The notes below the pieces were generated by a model that saw only the letters and a list, made by a program, of their open reading frames with translations, searched no databases and was not told where the DNA came from. Both the position numbers and the translations under genes were made by a program. A stretch of DNA of 64,000 nucleotides from Octopus bimaculoides (taxonomy: Eukaryota), in contig NC_069003.1 in the NCBI RefSeq assembly GCF_001194135.2, positions 19,996,049-20,060,048 on the forward strand, read 5' to 3'. Shown here one piece after another: positions 27,391-40,539 of this stretch (position 1 is its first letter; each line of letters opens with the position of its first letter).

Positions 27391-28419
27391 TTCACACTCA
27401 CAAGGCTTTGGTTGGAGTTCAATGCTATAGTAGAAGATACTTGCCCAAGATGCCACGCAGTGGAACTGTATCTAGAACTATGTGGTTGGGAAGCAAGCTT
27501 CTTGCAATACAGCCATGCCTGCACTTATATGCCCAGTTTAAATGCTAAAGGGTTAATAAACTTGTAGATAGGCAACATTAACACTTATATGTCAATAAAC
27601 ATTGAGTTGACAGAGTTTACCAACAACTCTCAACATCATCATGAAATTCCAAACAAAAATGGCTAACAAAGGTTTCTCTAACTTCATAACCAAGTCATGA
27701 ACTTAAAAAGTAAAGAGTAATGGGAAATCAGTTTAGTGTCCAACCCACAGACAGAACAAAATGCCTACAGAAAATCAAATTCAGAAGCTATGAGCAGGTA
27801 GTCAAATACTTTATCAATTTGGTTACTGTTCTTTTTTCTTTTTGCCTGTTTTGAAGGTTTTTCTCTTTCTTTCAGATCATGCATTTTCTGATCAATAGCT
27901 GTATTGGTTATAGGTTTCCAATGAGTCAATTACTGGTTTACAACATTTCTAATAGTAAGAATGATAAGAGTGTCTGTGCAACTCATGTGAAATAAATGCC
28001 ACAAGGTAGTCTTAGGTTGATATGATGGTTTTTATCACCTATGTATATACCTTTTTACATACATTAGGAAGGAATGAAGGAAAGAAAGAAAGACACAATA
28101 TGATCAACAGTAGAGAGGTTTTCATTGAAATCACAATGTCACAGGTTTAGGAGGTCGGTTCCCCATTAACATAGCCTAAAGTTCTCAATGATAAAAGAAG
28201 CAATTACATTGAAGACCATATTTCAAATGAAATACACTGTGTTTCAATTAGTTTTGAACATAATAAAAAATTTGGAGGAATCTAATAGCTAACATTTTCA
28301 TTATCAAGCTAAAGTTCATTAAAGATTTCGTTGGTAAGATGTAGTCTTTAGCACAAAATTGGAAAGGCATGAATAGTTCAGTTTTTGGGGGAAATTTCAG
28401 TTTAAATGTTGAGTGGTTA

Positions 28420-28664
28420 CAGTGGTTCTCAACTGGAGTCCATATGGCCCTTGGGGGTTCACATAGGATTTTGTTAAAATTTATATGCAATAAATTGGTT
28501 ATACTTCAACAATACACAGAATATTTGAACTTTTTTTTTTTACACAATACCTATAATATCTCATTAAGAAAATACAATATGATTTTAAAAAATATGAATG
28601 GCTATCAGAGCCCACCTGAATGAAACAAGGGTCCATAGGTAAGAAAAATGGTTGAGAACCACTG
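28420..28664. mobile_element. hAT (Charlie-like) MITE, second copy
   Basis: Perfect 14-bp TIR CAGTGGTTCTCAAC/GTTGAGAACCACTG; interior similar to 22520-22778; TSD unclear. Confidence 0.75.
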
Positions 28665-29033
28665 GGTTAACATATAGCTGTCTTTGTGAGAGAGAGAAGG
28701 GGAGCAGAAGAAAAGCAGGTGAGGAAGTAATATAGAGGATGATGAGAGGAAAGGAGAACAGTATTTCTTATTCCTCTCATTAAAATTCTGTCATTAAAAG
28801 AAAGGTTCATTTTAACATCTATTTTCCCATGCCTGCAATGGATTAGACAGATTTTGTTGAGGCAGATTTTCTACAGTCAGATGCCCTTTCTGTTGCCAAC
28901 CCTAACCTATTTGCAACTCATTACCAGTTATGTTTTTGTAGACTAGAAACAAAGGAAACTACTTGTATGACAGTGATACTCGTTTACAACTACCGTGATG
29001 CCAAGGCAAGGAGATAATAATGCACACACACAC

Positions 29034-29082
<49 letters not shown>

Positions 29083-29355
29083 AATATATGGCAGTTTGCA
29101 ATGTTCTACCAAAAAGGAAAACAGTAATTGTAACTAAATGCAACTAGGCTGTTAGAAACACCTACATTGCTAGAAATAAGAACTAAAATGCTCTAATGCT
29201 GTTATCAAGGCACATAATAGTATACATATATACAGATAGGGACTATAATGGTCCGAAAACACTGTTCGAGAATTCCTTATACTGAATTCAGTTTCAGCAA
29301 TTTCCGTTGCCTCATTAGTAAGGACTGGCTCTACTTCAGCAGATTTCAGACTTAC

Positions 29356-29412
29356 TTCTCTGTTTGTATACATGTTTTCATCATAGAAATCTATGGATGA
29401 TTTAGCAAATCG
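29356..29412 (-). CDS. Candidate 57-nt internal exon (RFAKSSIDFYDENMYTNRE), unknown protein
   Basis: Acceptor TTTCAATTTTATGTATACACAG, donor GAA|GTAAGT; only frame 0 is open; non-repetitive sequence. Confidence 0.45.
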
Positions 29413-30599
29413 CTGTGTATACATAAAATTGAAATATACAGCAGTTTGCAATACACGCACACACAGAACAAGCTTCTCAGATTCTGAATAGCAAATCTAT
29501 TCACAAGGCTTTGATTGGCCTGGGACTATAGTAGAAGACACAAGCCCAAGGTGGTACACCATGGGACTGAACTCAAAACCATGTGGTTGAGAAGTAAACT
29601 TGTTACTACACAGTTGGGTTTGTGCCTTCTTACATAAAATTATCATAAAAGGCTTGCATTTAACTAAAAAACATTTTTTAAATGGGAACTTTTGTATTAT
29701 AAAACTAGGAAAAAGCTCAGGCAGGTTCATATCAAAAGAGACACCAAGACAATATTGCCAAGTCAACAAGATCTATAGTAATTCCAAGTTAGAATTATTA
29801 TTAAAAAGAGAATATTGATTTCATTTCTTTACTTCTAAAAGACTGAAAGTTATAGACAAGTTCTTTTACCACACCATCTCTGGTTTCCTTTCAGACAAGC
29901 AAAATAAATCAGACGAGAAAAATAAAACGTAATATAAAATGAGGTTATGTAATTTTGTTGTTTATTGATTATCTGTAATATTGCAATGAAAAGAGGTAAT
30001 AAAAGTGATGCACTTAAGACAATTGCAGTTCAAGCACTGTCATCAATGCTACTATTTTAATATACAAGAAATCTTTTCACTTGTTATCAAGTAGAACATT
30101 TACTATAAACTAACAAGTGCCATTGATAGCCTTATATGAAAATGCTTAATGAACTAAGAGGGGATGACCAAAATGACAAAAATCTAATAATGGTGATGAT
30201 GGTGGTGGAGGTGGAGGTGGTGGTGGTGACAGTGATGAAGATGTGAACTATTTAGAGAAAAAAGTAGGTGGTTGAATAAGAGTGAAAATAAGAAAGGTGT
30301 AATTAAGTAAAAAGACTAATCTGGAGAAGAGGCTGTTGTTGTCATTTAACCCTAGGTTGGCTCTGATCAAGAGGATATATGATGAAAGGCATTCCAACCA
30401 AGACTATCCTGTCTTTTTAAAAGTATCAAAGAATACAAAGTTCATTCCAGAAGGTGTAAAACTGTTTTTAGAAAAGCAATCATAACTATCCTAGATTATT
30501 GTGATTTTATTATATCAATACTATACGTCTAATAAGCTGACTTGCCAACTTTTGTTATTTCAAATTGAAGGAAACAGCTGCAAGAGTACTTTGAACACA

Positions 30600-31252
30600 C
30601 CCTACTAAACACTTTGTCGCAGCTGACTAGTTTGCAGAATGCTATCAGGATGCAAAGACAATAAAGAAACTTACTATGCAATAAAATGTTAAACTCAACA
30701 AAATCACCACAGAAACTTATGAAATACTAAAGATTGCTTGTAGATTAACTTGTAAGAACCAAGCATCCATTTTTGCTGGCACAAAAGGCCAGACAAAGCA
30801 AGTTCACTGGGAAGTTCATGATGATCCTTTTTTGAACAACAATGACATCAGCTTCATCTCCTGGGTTCTCTCTAGCCTGATGGTCAATAAAGAGTATTTT
30901 GTGAAGGTTTTGAGGGAGTTCAGGAAGAGATTTTGTTGCAAAAGGCCAGAGCACCTGCACCAGGACAATGCACCAGTCCACAATTCCATCAGAACTGTCT
31001 CTCACCCTCTCTATAGTCCAGACCTTGCTCTCTGTGACTTTTGGTTGTTCCTCAAAATGAAGAAGATGAAGAAGATGGCTGCAACATAGGTCCTGGACAC
31101 TTTCACTTTGGAAAACTCCATGAAGTTGCTGAAGTGCTACAAGTTCACTGAAGTCAGAGGATCCCACTCTGGAGGAGATTAAAGTTTTGTAATTGTTTGC
31201 AATTAAATGTATCTCCTGATAAAGTCTCAAAACTTCTGCAACGTACCTTGTA
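30600..31252 (+). mobile_element. Mariner DNA transposon remnant
   Basis: Transposase motifs HQDNAPVH and HPLYSPDLALCDFWLF; right end ...ACCTTGTA resembles a mariner TIR plus TA. Confidence 0.85.
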
Positions 31253-31959
31253 CATTATCCTATGTACACTTCCATTTTTTAAGACGGTAGAGTGTGATTT
31301 GAGATACTTGGCTTCTATCTCTACTAGATTGTCTGAAAATGTAGCAGTTCCCTCAATGGTACATAGCTGAGAAGGTTGTTGGGCTAGAGGGAAAATTTTT
31401 TTTTTTTTTTGTCCTAATCTTTTTAGTCAAAAGGGAAGGGCAGTGGTCCATTATCTTTTCTGTGGCCACCAATACTGGTGGGGGATGGCGAGAAAGGTAT
31501 TCTCAAACTGGAGATCCCCACCGCCAATTCAAATGCTTGCAATAGAGTGGACTTTACTAAAAGTACCCGAGGACCAGGTGGAAGTGCTCAACCCAATAAT
31601 GGATTAAGTCTACCAACCAAATAGGTTACAGCAATATTTGAACTCAAAATGCAAAGAGTCAAAAGAAATACAACTCATCCCATCCAATATTCTAACATTT
31701 CCATCTGTCTGCAGACTGAGGCATATTTTATTTATTGACTCTTAAAGATTAAAAGATAAAATTAACCTAAGTGGAATTTGAACTCAGAATACAAGGTGTC
31801 AGAACTGATACCGGAAGAAATACATTATTACTGATTTCTTATACAGGTACAAAGTTTCAGATGAAGGGAAACTTTTCACAATCATCATCATCATTTTAAT
31901 GTCTACTTTTCAATGCTGGCATAGGTGGGACAGAGTTTACTGAGGCAGATTCTTTACAA

Positions 31960-32420
31960 CTAGATACCCACAAGACTCAGACTGTACACAACCCTAGTGA
32001 CTTTGATTCTTCTGTATGAGTGTGAAAGCTGGACTCTTACAGCTGACATGGAGCGAAGAATCCAGGCATTTGAGCACAAGTGCTTCAGAAGGTTATTACA
32101 CAGCCTGTACACAGCACAAAATGAACAGCTTTGTCAGGCAGTAAATCAACAAATGCACTAGCAGACAGGAACAACTCCTTGTACAGGTAAAAAGACAGAA
32201 GCTTGCCTGGTACAGCTATGTATCCCACCACAACTCCCTGCCCAAAATCATACTTCAAGGCATAGTTGAGGGAGGGCGAAAGAAAAGCAGACAGAGAAAA
32301 TCCTGGTTTGACAACATCAAAGATTGGACAGGTTACAGCACAGCAAACTTGCTACGCATGACAGAGAGCAGAGACCAGTGGTAACAGCTGACTATGAATG
32401 CATCTAGAATGATGGCACCC
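31960..32420 (+). mobile_element. RTE (BovB-like) LINE C-terminal fragment
   Basis: LLYECESWTLTADMERRIQAFEHKCFRRLL and KIILQGIVEGGRKKSRQRKSWFDNIKDWTG. Confidence 0.85.
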
Positions 32421-32616
32421 CAACAACAGGCTGCATCAGTTGAAAGATTTTGACAATAACAATACTCTTCCTATCACCAATCCTCAACTGTTTCCAAGCA
32501 AGGCAATATTTCCCCATTGCCTGATGTGTTTTTGCAGAATATTGGAAATGAATTGCATCCATTTACAATAATGACACAATGTCAAGACAAGGAACAAAAA
32601 CATACACATTATTTGG

Positions 32617-32663
<47 letters not shown>

Positions 32664-32664
32664 C

Positions 32665-33161
32665 NNNNNNNNNNNNNNNNNNNNNNNNNNNNNNNNNNNN
32701 NNNNNNNNNNNNNNNNNNNNNNNNNNNNNNNNNNNNNNNNNNNNNNNNNNNNNNNNNNNNNNNNNNNNNNNNNNNNNNNNNNNNNNNNNNNNNNNNNNNN
32801 NNNNNNNNNNNNNNNNNNNNNNNNNNNNNNNNNNNNNNNNNNNNNNNNNNNNNNNNNNNNNNNNNNNNNNNNNNNNNNNNNNNNNNNNNNNNNNNNNNNN
32901 NNNNNNNNNNNNNNNNNNNNNNNNNNNNNNNNNNNNNNNNNNNNNNNNNNNNNNNNNNNNNNNNNNNNNNNNNNNNNNNNNNNNNNNNNNNNNNNNNNNN
33001 NNNNNNNNNNNNNNNNNNNNNNNNNNNNNNNNNNNNNNNNNNNNNNNNNNNNNNNNNNNNNNNNNNNNNNNNNNNNNNNNNNNNNNNNNNNNNNNNNNNN
33101 NNNNNNNNNNNNNNNNNNNNNNNNNNNNNNNNNNNNNNNNNNNNNNNNNNNNNNNNNNNNN
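32665..33161. other. Assembly gap (others: 39293-40283, 55846-55945, 57163-57770, 62578-63246)
   Basis: N runs, several flanked by (TA)n microsatellites. Confidence 1.
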
Positions 33162-33169
33162 TATATATA

Positions 33170-33199
<30 letters not shown>

Positions 33200-33200
<1 letters not shown>

Positions 33201-33997
33201 CTGCACAGACTCTATATGCATGTGTACGATCAGCCATGCTACATGACAGTGAAACATGGGCCATGACTGCTGAGGACATGTGTAAGCTCGCAAGGAATGA
33301 AGCCAGTATGCTCCGATGGATGTGTAATGTCAGTGTGCATACTCAACAGAGTGTAAGTACCTTGAGAGAAAAGTTGGACCTAAGAAACATCAGTTGTGGT
33401 GTGTAAGAGAGACGATTGCGCTAGTATGGACATTTGGCGAGAATGGATGAGGATAGCTGTGTGAAAAAGTGCCACAACCTAGCGGTTGAGGGTACCTGTG
33501 GAAGAGGTAGACCCAAGAAGACCTGGGATGAGGCAAGTGAAATTGAAATTGAACCAAATTTGATGACTGGCACCTGTGCCAGTGGAGCACTAACAGCACC
33601 ATCCGAGCAGGATCACTGCCAGAGCAGCAGTCTCGCTCCCGTGCTGGTGGCACGTAAAAAGCACCATTTGAGCGCTATTGTTTCCAGCTTTGCCTTACTG
33701 ACACATGTGCCGGTGACATGTGAACAAAACATTGGACTGACTCCTGTGCAGGTGGCACGTAAAAAATACCATTTGAGTGTGGCCGTTGCCAGTACCGTCA
33801 GACTGGCCCTCGTGCCGGTGGCACGTAAAAAGCACCCACTACACTCTCAGAGTGGTTGACGTGAGGAAGGGCATCCAGCTGTAGAAACTCTGCCGGATCA
33901 GATAGAGTCTGGTGTAGCCATCTGGTTCGCCAGTCCCCAGTCAAATCGTCCAACCCATGCTAGCATGGAAAGCGAACGTTAAATGATGATGATGATA
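33200..33997 (+). mobile_element. RTE LINE 3' end with 3' UTR and (GAT)n tail
   Basis: LYACVRSAMLHDSETWAMTAEDMCKLARNEASMLRWMC, GRGRPKKTWDE; UTR GTGGCACGTAAAAA repeats; GATGATGAT tail. Confidence 0.9.
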
Positions 33998-34949
33998 TAT
34001 ACACATACATAAACATATATATATATATACATATACATACACACATATACACACACAAAATGGGGTTGTTTTAGTTTCTATCTACCAAATCAACTCACAA
34101 GGCTTTGGTTAGCCCAGAGCTAGAAAAGACATTTGCCCAAGATACCATGCAGTAGGACTGAACTCAAAACCAAGTGGTTGGGAAGTAAACTCCTAAATCA
34201 CACGGCCATGCCTGCACCTATTCTTTTTGTTTTTTTGAAAGACATTTGTACTGGTGCAAGCAAAGAATCTCAACTTAGAATCAAAATTGAGTTATAGACA
34301 CAATTTGCCAACAATTCTCTACGTCATTACCATAAGATTCCAAACAAAAGTGGCTAATGAAGATTCTTCTTAATTTGTAACCAAGATGAGAATTTGAAAG
34401 GAAAGAGTAATGCGAAATCACTTTAGTGTACAACCCACAGATAAAACAAAATGCCTTTAGCAAATCAAATTCAGAAGCTAAGAATAGTTAGTCAAATACT
34501 TTGATCAATTTGGCCACCAATTTTTTTGTTGTTTTTTTTACATCATGCATTTTCTGATCAATAGCTGTATTGGTTATAGGTTTCCAATGAGCCAATTACT
34601 GGTTTACAACATTTCTGATGGTGAGAATGATAAGAGTGTCCGTGCAACTCATGTGGAATAAATACAAAGTAGTCTTAGTTTGGTATGATGATTTTATTGC
34701 CATGGTGTGTGCCTACCTTTTGCTCATAGAATCAGACATTCACAAGAGATTAACTGAACCAAAGCTACAATAGAAAACACTTTACCCAAAGTGCCACATA
34801 GTGGGATCAAAGCCAGTCATGCATATACCAAGCTAACTTTTGTCTTAAGAAACATAACAAAAGACTAAAATTGATTATTTACACCATAGTGTATGTGTAT
34901 ACACATACACATATACACATGTATATCTCTACATACATACACACACATA

Positions 34950-36115
34950 GACCATCATCATCATTTAACGTCCATGGTATGACCAGAGCTGGCAAGGTGG
35001 GGAGCTGCATCAGACTCCAGGCTGATTTGGCACTGCTTCTATGGCTGGATGCCCTTCCTAACACCAACTACTTTACAAAGTGTGCTAGGTGGTTTTATGT
35101 GGCACATGGGTGCTTTTACATGGTACCACATGGGCACTTTTATGTAGTGTCGCACAGGCACACTTTTACATGGCACTGCACGGTTGCTTTTACATGACAC
35201 CACACTGACACTTTTACGTGCCACTGCATGGGTGCTTTTATGTCCTGCCACACAGGCACTTTTACATGGCACCACATGGGTGTTTTTACATGCTACCACC
35301 ATGCTTTTACATGGTACACTTCTGTTACTGAGTATGGGTCTTCTTGAGTACAGCAAGGTGCTAAGTATCTCAGTCCTTTGTCATCTCGCCTGAAAGGTTC
35401 AGCTTCCTGAGGTCGTTCTTCAATACTTAACTATGTCTTCTTGAGTCTCCCGCTTCCGTGTGTCCCATCAACTTTGAGAGATAAGCACTTCTTTATGGAG
35501 CTGTCGACATCCATCCACATCACATGACCAAACCAGCACAGTCTTCTCTCTTGCATACAGCAACCAATTCCTCTTATGCCTAACTTATCTCTCAAAACAC
35601 TGGCACTCTGTCAAACATGTACACTTACATTACATATCCAGTGGAGCATACTAACCTCGTTCCTTTCTAACCTTTGCATATCCTCTGCATTCAGAGCCTG
35701 CGTCTCACTATATAGAATTGCTGTCCATATACATGCATCATACAATCTTCCTTTCACTCACAGAGAGAGAACTTTTGTAGCCAACAGAGGTAACAGCTCT
35801 CTGAATTTCCTCCTTCCTATTCTTATTCTAGCTATTACACTCTCTGTGTTTCCTCCCCCACTACTAATTTAGTCCCCTAGGTAGCAGAAATTATTTACTA
35901 TCTCTAATGAGCTACCCAGGCATTTGAGAGAATCACTTTCCCCGAGTCTCTAAAGTTTTTATAGATCCTGTACATCTTCCACATACGAAAACTATCTTCT
36001 CCGATAAACTTCCAATTAACCCACTGCACCTCTTGTACACCATATGGAGTTCCTGCCTACACCTTTCCTACAAATCAAACAGGATCACCTACCTGAGATG
36101 GGTAGGGTCCTGTCA
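34950..36115 (-). mobile_element. RTE LINE 3' fragment; UTR carries a ~22-bp degenerate tandem array (35090-35320)
   Basis: Reverse complement resembles the element at 33200-33997; CATCATCAT tail at the left end. Confidence 0.8.
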
Positions 36116-36800
36116 GTTTTACATACATACACACAAACATATATATACACACACACATATAGATACATACACATATATACACAAATGCACACACACATAT
36201 ATATATGTATAAACACAAGCACAGTGTGGAAAAAAAAACACACTTTACAGGATGACAAACATTTTAAAGTAAATGCAGGACATGCACTGGTTAAAACTAT
36301 GTGGGTAACTGAGACAAAAAAAAAAACAGTGAAAGCCACCACTACCACCTGCCTAACTTTACAAGCAGCAGCACATCAATGGCCATGTAAAATATGGGAC
36401 AAGATCTTTTTGCCACGCTTCTATATCTCTCCAAGTATGGGAACCATATACACACTTCTCTAGAAATCCTGTACCAATTTCATAAGGGATAGTCTACAAT
36501 GGTGATGCTGTGCCCGCAAAACTGGCCAATCCGCTTGTTCTATTTATTTATGTACGACAAGGTCAATAACATACAGATAATACACAAGGTGAATATGCAA
36601 AGATTGTATTAAAAATCTCTCCAACCAATGTAAGCACAGAAAAACTAAAGCTGAAGTGATTACACACACACACACACACACACATACACACACATGCATG
36701 CACAGAGATAGGAGGAAAATTGACAACAACTTCTTCCTACTCCTCCTCACACTAACTGCAAACAAGGTAAATATCACCATGGTAATGACAGGACCCATAC

Positions 36801-36845
36801 CTATCCCAACCTCAGAATGGAAACCAACAATAAAAGTGTTAACTT
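36801..36845 (-). CDS. Candidate 45-nt exon (EVNTFIVGFHSEVGI, phase 1-1)
   Basis: Long pyrimidine tract, CACAG acceptor, donor G|GTATGG; read-through gives a hydrophobic segment followed by RRSRKK. Confidence 0.2.
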   Translation of the reverse strand, partial: KLTLLLLVSILRLG

Positions 36846-39238
36846 CTGTGGGCTCATATAAAATAGAAAAATAAAACAAAATGAAACAGAAAAATGAATG
36901 TGCAACACACACACACACACAATCTAGGTTTGTTAAACTCTACTGCTTCAGGTAAAATTAGTAGCTCGTTATTTAAGCATGCAATAGTCATATATCTAAG
37001 CTATGTGATGTGAGTTAATCTAATCTTAATCCTACATGATTAAGGTAAAAACCTATAAAGATTTAAAACTGCCCAATCATGTACACTGTTTTTGCATTTA
37101 TAATTCAAAATACTTTTTATTTCTGTATTTTTTGTTGTTCTTTTGTCACAAATGTTTCGTGCTGCAGTAAAATACATAATAGAGACTATTTTATGTCACT
37201 ACTATTATTACTTTACAAAAGGAGAGAGGAGTTTTAAGCAAGTCAAGGCCATACTCCATGTTTTAGTTTTAATAAAAGCCATTTCTTTTTATGTCATTGC
37301 TGATCCCTAGGATGAGTCAACATGACAGTCTATACTTGAGTTGATCAGTCTGCTAAAAAACACAGTAAAATCACCCTTGCATCACACCCTGCATTCTTAT
37401 ACAAAAAAAAATGTAAAAAACACATTTGACTACGTAATTGATGGTAGTCTTTTGTACTTTGAGAAAAATGGCTCTGCAATTTCTTGCATGATTTGTTTAT
37501 AGTGATCAAATGTTTGTGCTGTGTTCACTCCCTCTGTCAAATCTATATCAACGTAACTTGAACAAGCACACAGTGTACACACATCAGGTGTCAAAGTGAT
37601 CACAGGGTAACATGAAATGAAGCATTTTGCTCAAGAACACAATGCACCACCCAGTCCAGAAATTTAAGGTGCGATTTCTACTTGGCCATGTGTCCTCATA
37701 TGTAATCATTGACATCCAAAAGTACAAAATGGTCGTGGTTGGAATGCCTTTGATCATTGGCCTGCTCAACCAAGACATACTTAAGGCTAAAACAACAAGG
37801 CCCTTAAGTAAAACTTGAACATGACACAATCTCATGTCTTCTCTTCTACATAATTTATGGTCTTGTGCATGTCTAAGGAATTTCTTTTTTTCTCCTTCAA
37901 CTTATCAACATAAAAGTCTTGTGAGCTAAGTGCATGATTGGATATCAAAGAACCATTTCACTTAAGTCAGTAATGTTCTTGGGAAAAGTATGAACAAATC
38001 ATTTCATAATTATGTAAGAAATCAATATTATTGTTACTATTACTATTGTTATCCTTGAAAGATCAACTTTCAACTTCTGGAATTTGATAAAAAGTTGCAG
38101 CTCTTAGATCTGGCATTTCCTGCAATCTCTCATAGTCCAAAAACTTTCATGATCTAACAGTTCCTATGATCTTGCAACTCCAGCAGTCTGACAACTCCTG
38201 TGAGTGATTCAGGTTAACCAATGCCTTAGGGCAAATCAGTCTGTTCCCTATTTTACTGCTCACTTTATTTTCTGTGCTATATTCTACATACTATGCATGT
38301 ACTTTTGACTCTCATTGCAGTCTTTTTTAACTCGACTTATTGCTATATTCTTTTACTCTTTTCCAGTGAGTTGTATTGCACCTGAGCACTGCATTCAATA
38401 AGCCCATTATTATTAAGATAGCAAGCTGCCAGAATCATTAATGCATCAGACCAAATGTTTAGAGGATATTTCTTCCAGCTCTTTGTATTTTATGCTCAAA
38501 TTTTGCCAAGCTCAACTTTGCCTTTCATCCTTTGGAGGTCAATAAAATAAGTACCAGTTGAACACTGGGATCAATTTACTCCCTTCCCTAAAAATTTGCC
38601 AAAATTTTTTTTAATGCCAAAATTAGAAAAAATTATGATTAAAATAAGTAATGAGGTTGAAATAAGTAGTGAAAAGAGTCAGTATGATCAACTAAAATAC
38701 TTGATGGCAATGCTCTAGCATGGCCACAGTCTACTGACTGAAACTAGTAGAAGAGTAAAAGAAATAAAATAGTTAACATGACAGTCACCTTGTCTATAGA
38801 AGGTTCCCACAAAACCTGAAACAATACAATGCAGATTTATATAAAAGGTTGTCAGAGGACTTGATTATCTCTAAGTAAAAATAACATGATCTAACAGTTC
38901 CTATGATCTTGCAACTCCAGCAGTCTGACAACTCCTGTGAGTGATTCAGGTTAACCAATGCCTTAGGGCAACAGGTGAGGGTTGGTGACAGGAAGGGCAT
39001 CCAATCATACAAAATTTGCCTCAAAATATTCTGTCTGACTTATGCAAGCAGGAAAAAAAGTGGACATTAAAACCATGATGGCGGTAATGATGCACAAAAA
39101 GAACTTTAATCCATTTTATTTGTGTGAAACATAACATTTATCATGTAAATTAAAGGTAAACATTAACTTTTAAACACAGGTGCCTTTCTGTGTGTGTATA
39201 TATACATATATGTATGCATATACATATATGTGTATGTG

Positions 39239-39290
<52 letters not shown>

Positions 39291-40283
39291 TANNNNNNNN
39301 NNNNNNNNNNNNNNNNNNNNNNNNNNNNNNNNNNNNNNNNNNNNNNNNNNNNNNNNNNNNNNNNNNNNNNNNNNNNNNNNNNNNNNNNNNNNNNNNNNNN
39401 NNNNNNNNNNNNNNNNNNNNNNNNNNNNNNNNNNNNNNNNNNNNNNNNNNNNNNNNNNNNNNNNNNNNNNNNNNNNNNNNNNNNNNNNNNNNNNNNNNNN
39501 NNNNNNNNNNNNNNNNNNNNNNNNNNNNNNNNNNNNNNNNNNNNNNNNNNNNNNNNNNNNNNNNNNNNNNNNNNNNNNNNNNNNNNNNNNNNNNNNNNNN
39601 NNNNNNNNNNNNNNNNNNNNNNNNNNNNNNNNNNNNNNNNNNNNNNNNNNNNNNNNNNNNNNNNNNNNNNNNNNNNNNNNNNNNNNNNNNNNNNNNNNNN
39701 NNNNNNNNNNNNNNNNNNNNNNNNNNNNNNNNNNNNNNNNNNNNNNNNNNNNNNNNNNNNNNNNNNNNNNNNNNNNNNNNNNNNNNNNNNNNNNNNNNNN
39801 NNNNNNNNNNNNNNNNNNNNNNNNNNNNNNNNNNNNNNNNNNNNNNNNNNNNNNNNNNNNNNNNNNNNNNNNNNNNNNNNNNNNNNNNNNNNNNNNNNNN
39901 NNNNNNNNNNNNNNNNNNNNNNNNNNNNNNNNNNNNNNNNNNNNNNNNNNNNNNNNNNNNNNNNNNNNNNNNNNNNNNNNNNNNNNNNNNNNNNNNNNNN
40001 NNNNNNNNNNNNNNNNNNNNNNNNNNNNNNNNNNNNNNNNNNNNNNNNNNNNNNNNNNNNNNNNNNNNNNNNNNNNNNNNNNNNNNNNNNNNNNNNNNNN
40101 NNNNNNNNNNNNNNNNNNNNNNNNNNNNNNNNNNNNNNNNNNNNNNNNNNNNNNNNNNNNNNNNNNNNNNNNNNNNNNNNNNNNNNNNNNNNNNNNNNNN
40201 NNNNNNNNNNNNNNNNNNNNNNNNNNNNNNNNNNNNNNNNNNNNNNNNNNNNNNNNNNNNNNNNNNNNNNNNNNNNNNNNNNN

Positions 40284-40525
40284 ACATATATAAATATACA
40301 TATATATAGATATACATATATATAAATATACATATATGTAAATATACATACATATAAATATACATATGAATATACATATATAAATATACATATATATAGA
40401 TATACATATATATAAATATACATATATGTAAATATACATACATATAAATATACATACATATAAATATACATACATATAAATATACATACATATAAATATA
40501 CATACATATAAATATACATATATAT
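40284..40525. repeat. Complex TA-rich minisatellite (TATACATATATAAA-like)
   Basis: Repeated ~14-bp units next to the assembly gap. Confidence 0.85.
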
Positions 40526-40539
40526 AAATATGTATATTT

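Noticed and set aside
27896-27915. miR-9-like words (TAGCTGTAT, TTGGTTAT)
   Set aside because: The words are in the wrong order relative to mature miR-9, with no matching star arm.
31420-31615. Plus-strand ~65-codon open frame
   Set aside because: Part of it recurs in reverse at 10960-11010, so it is repeat-derived.
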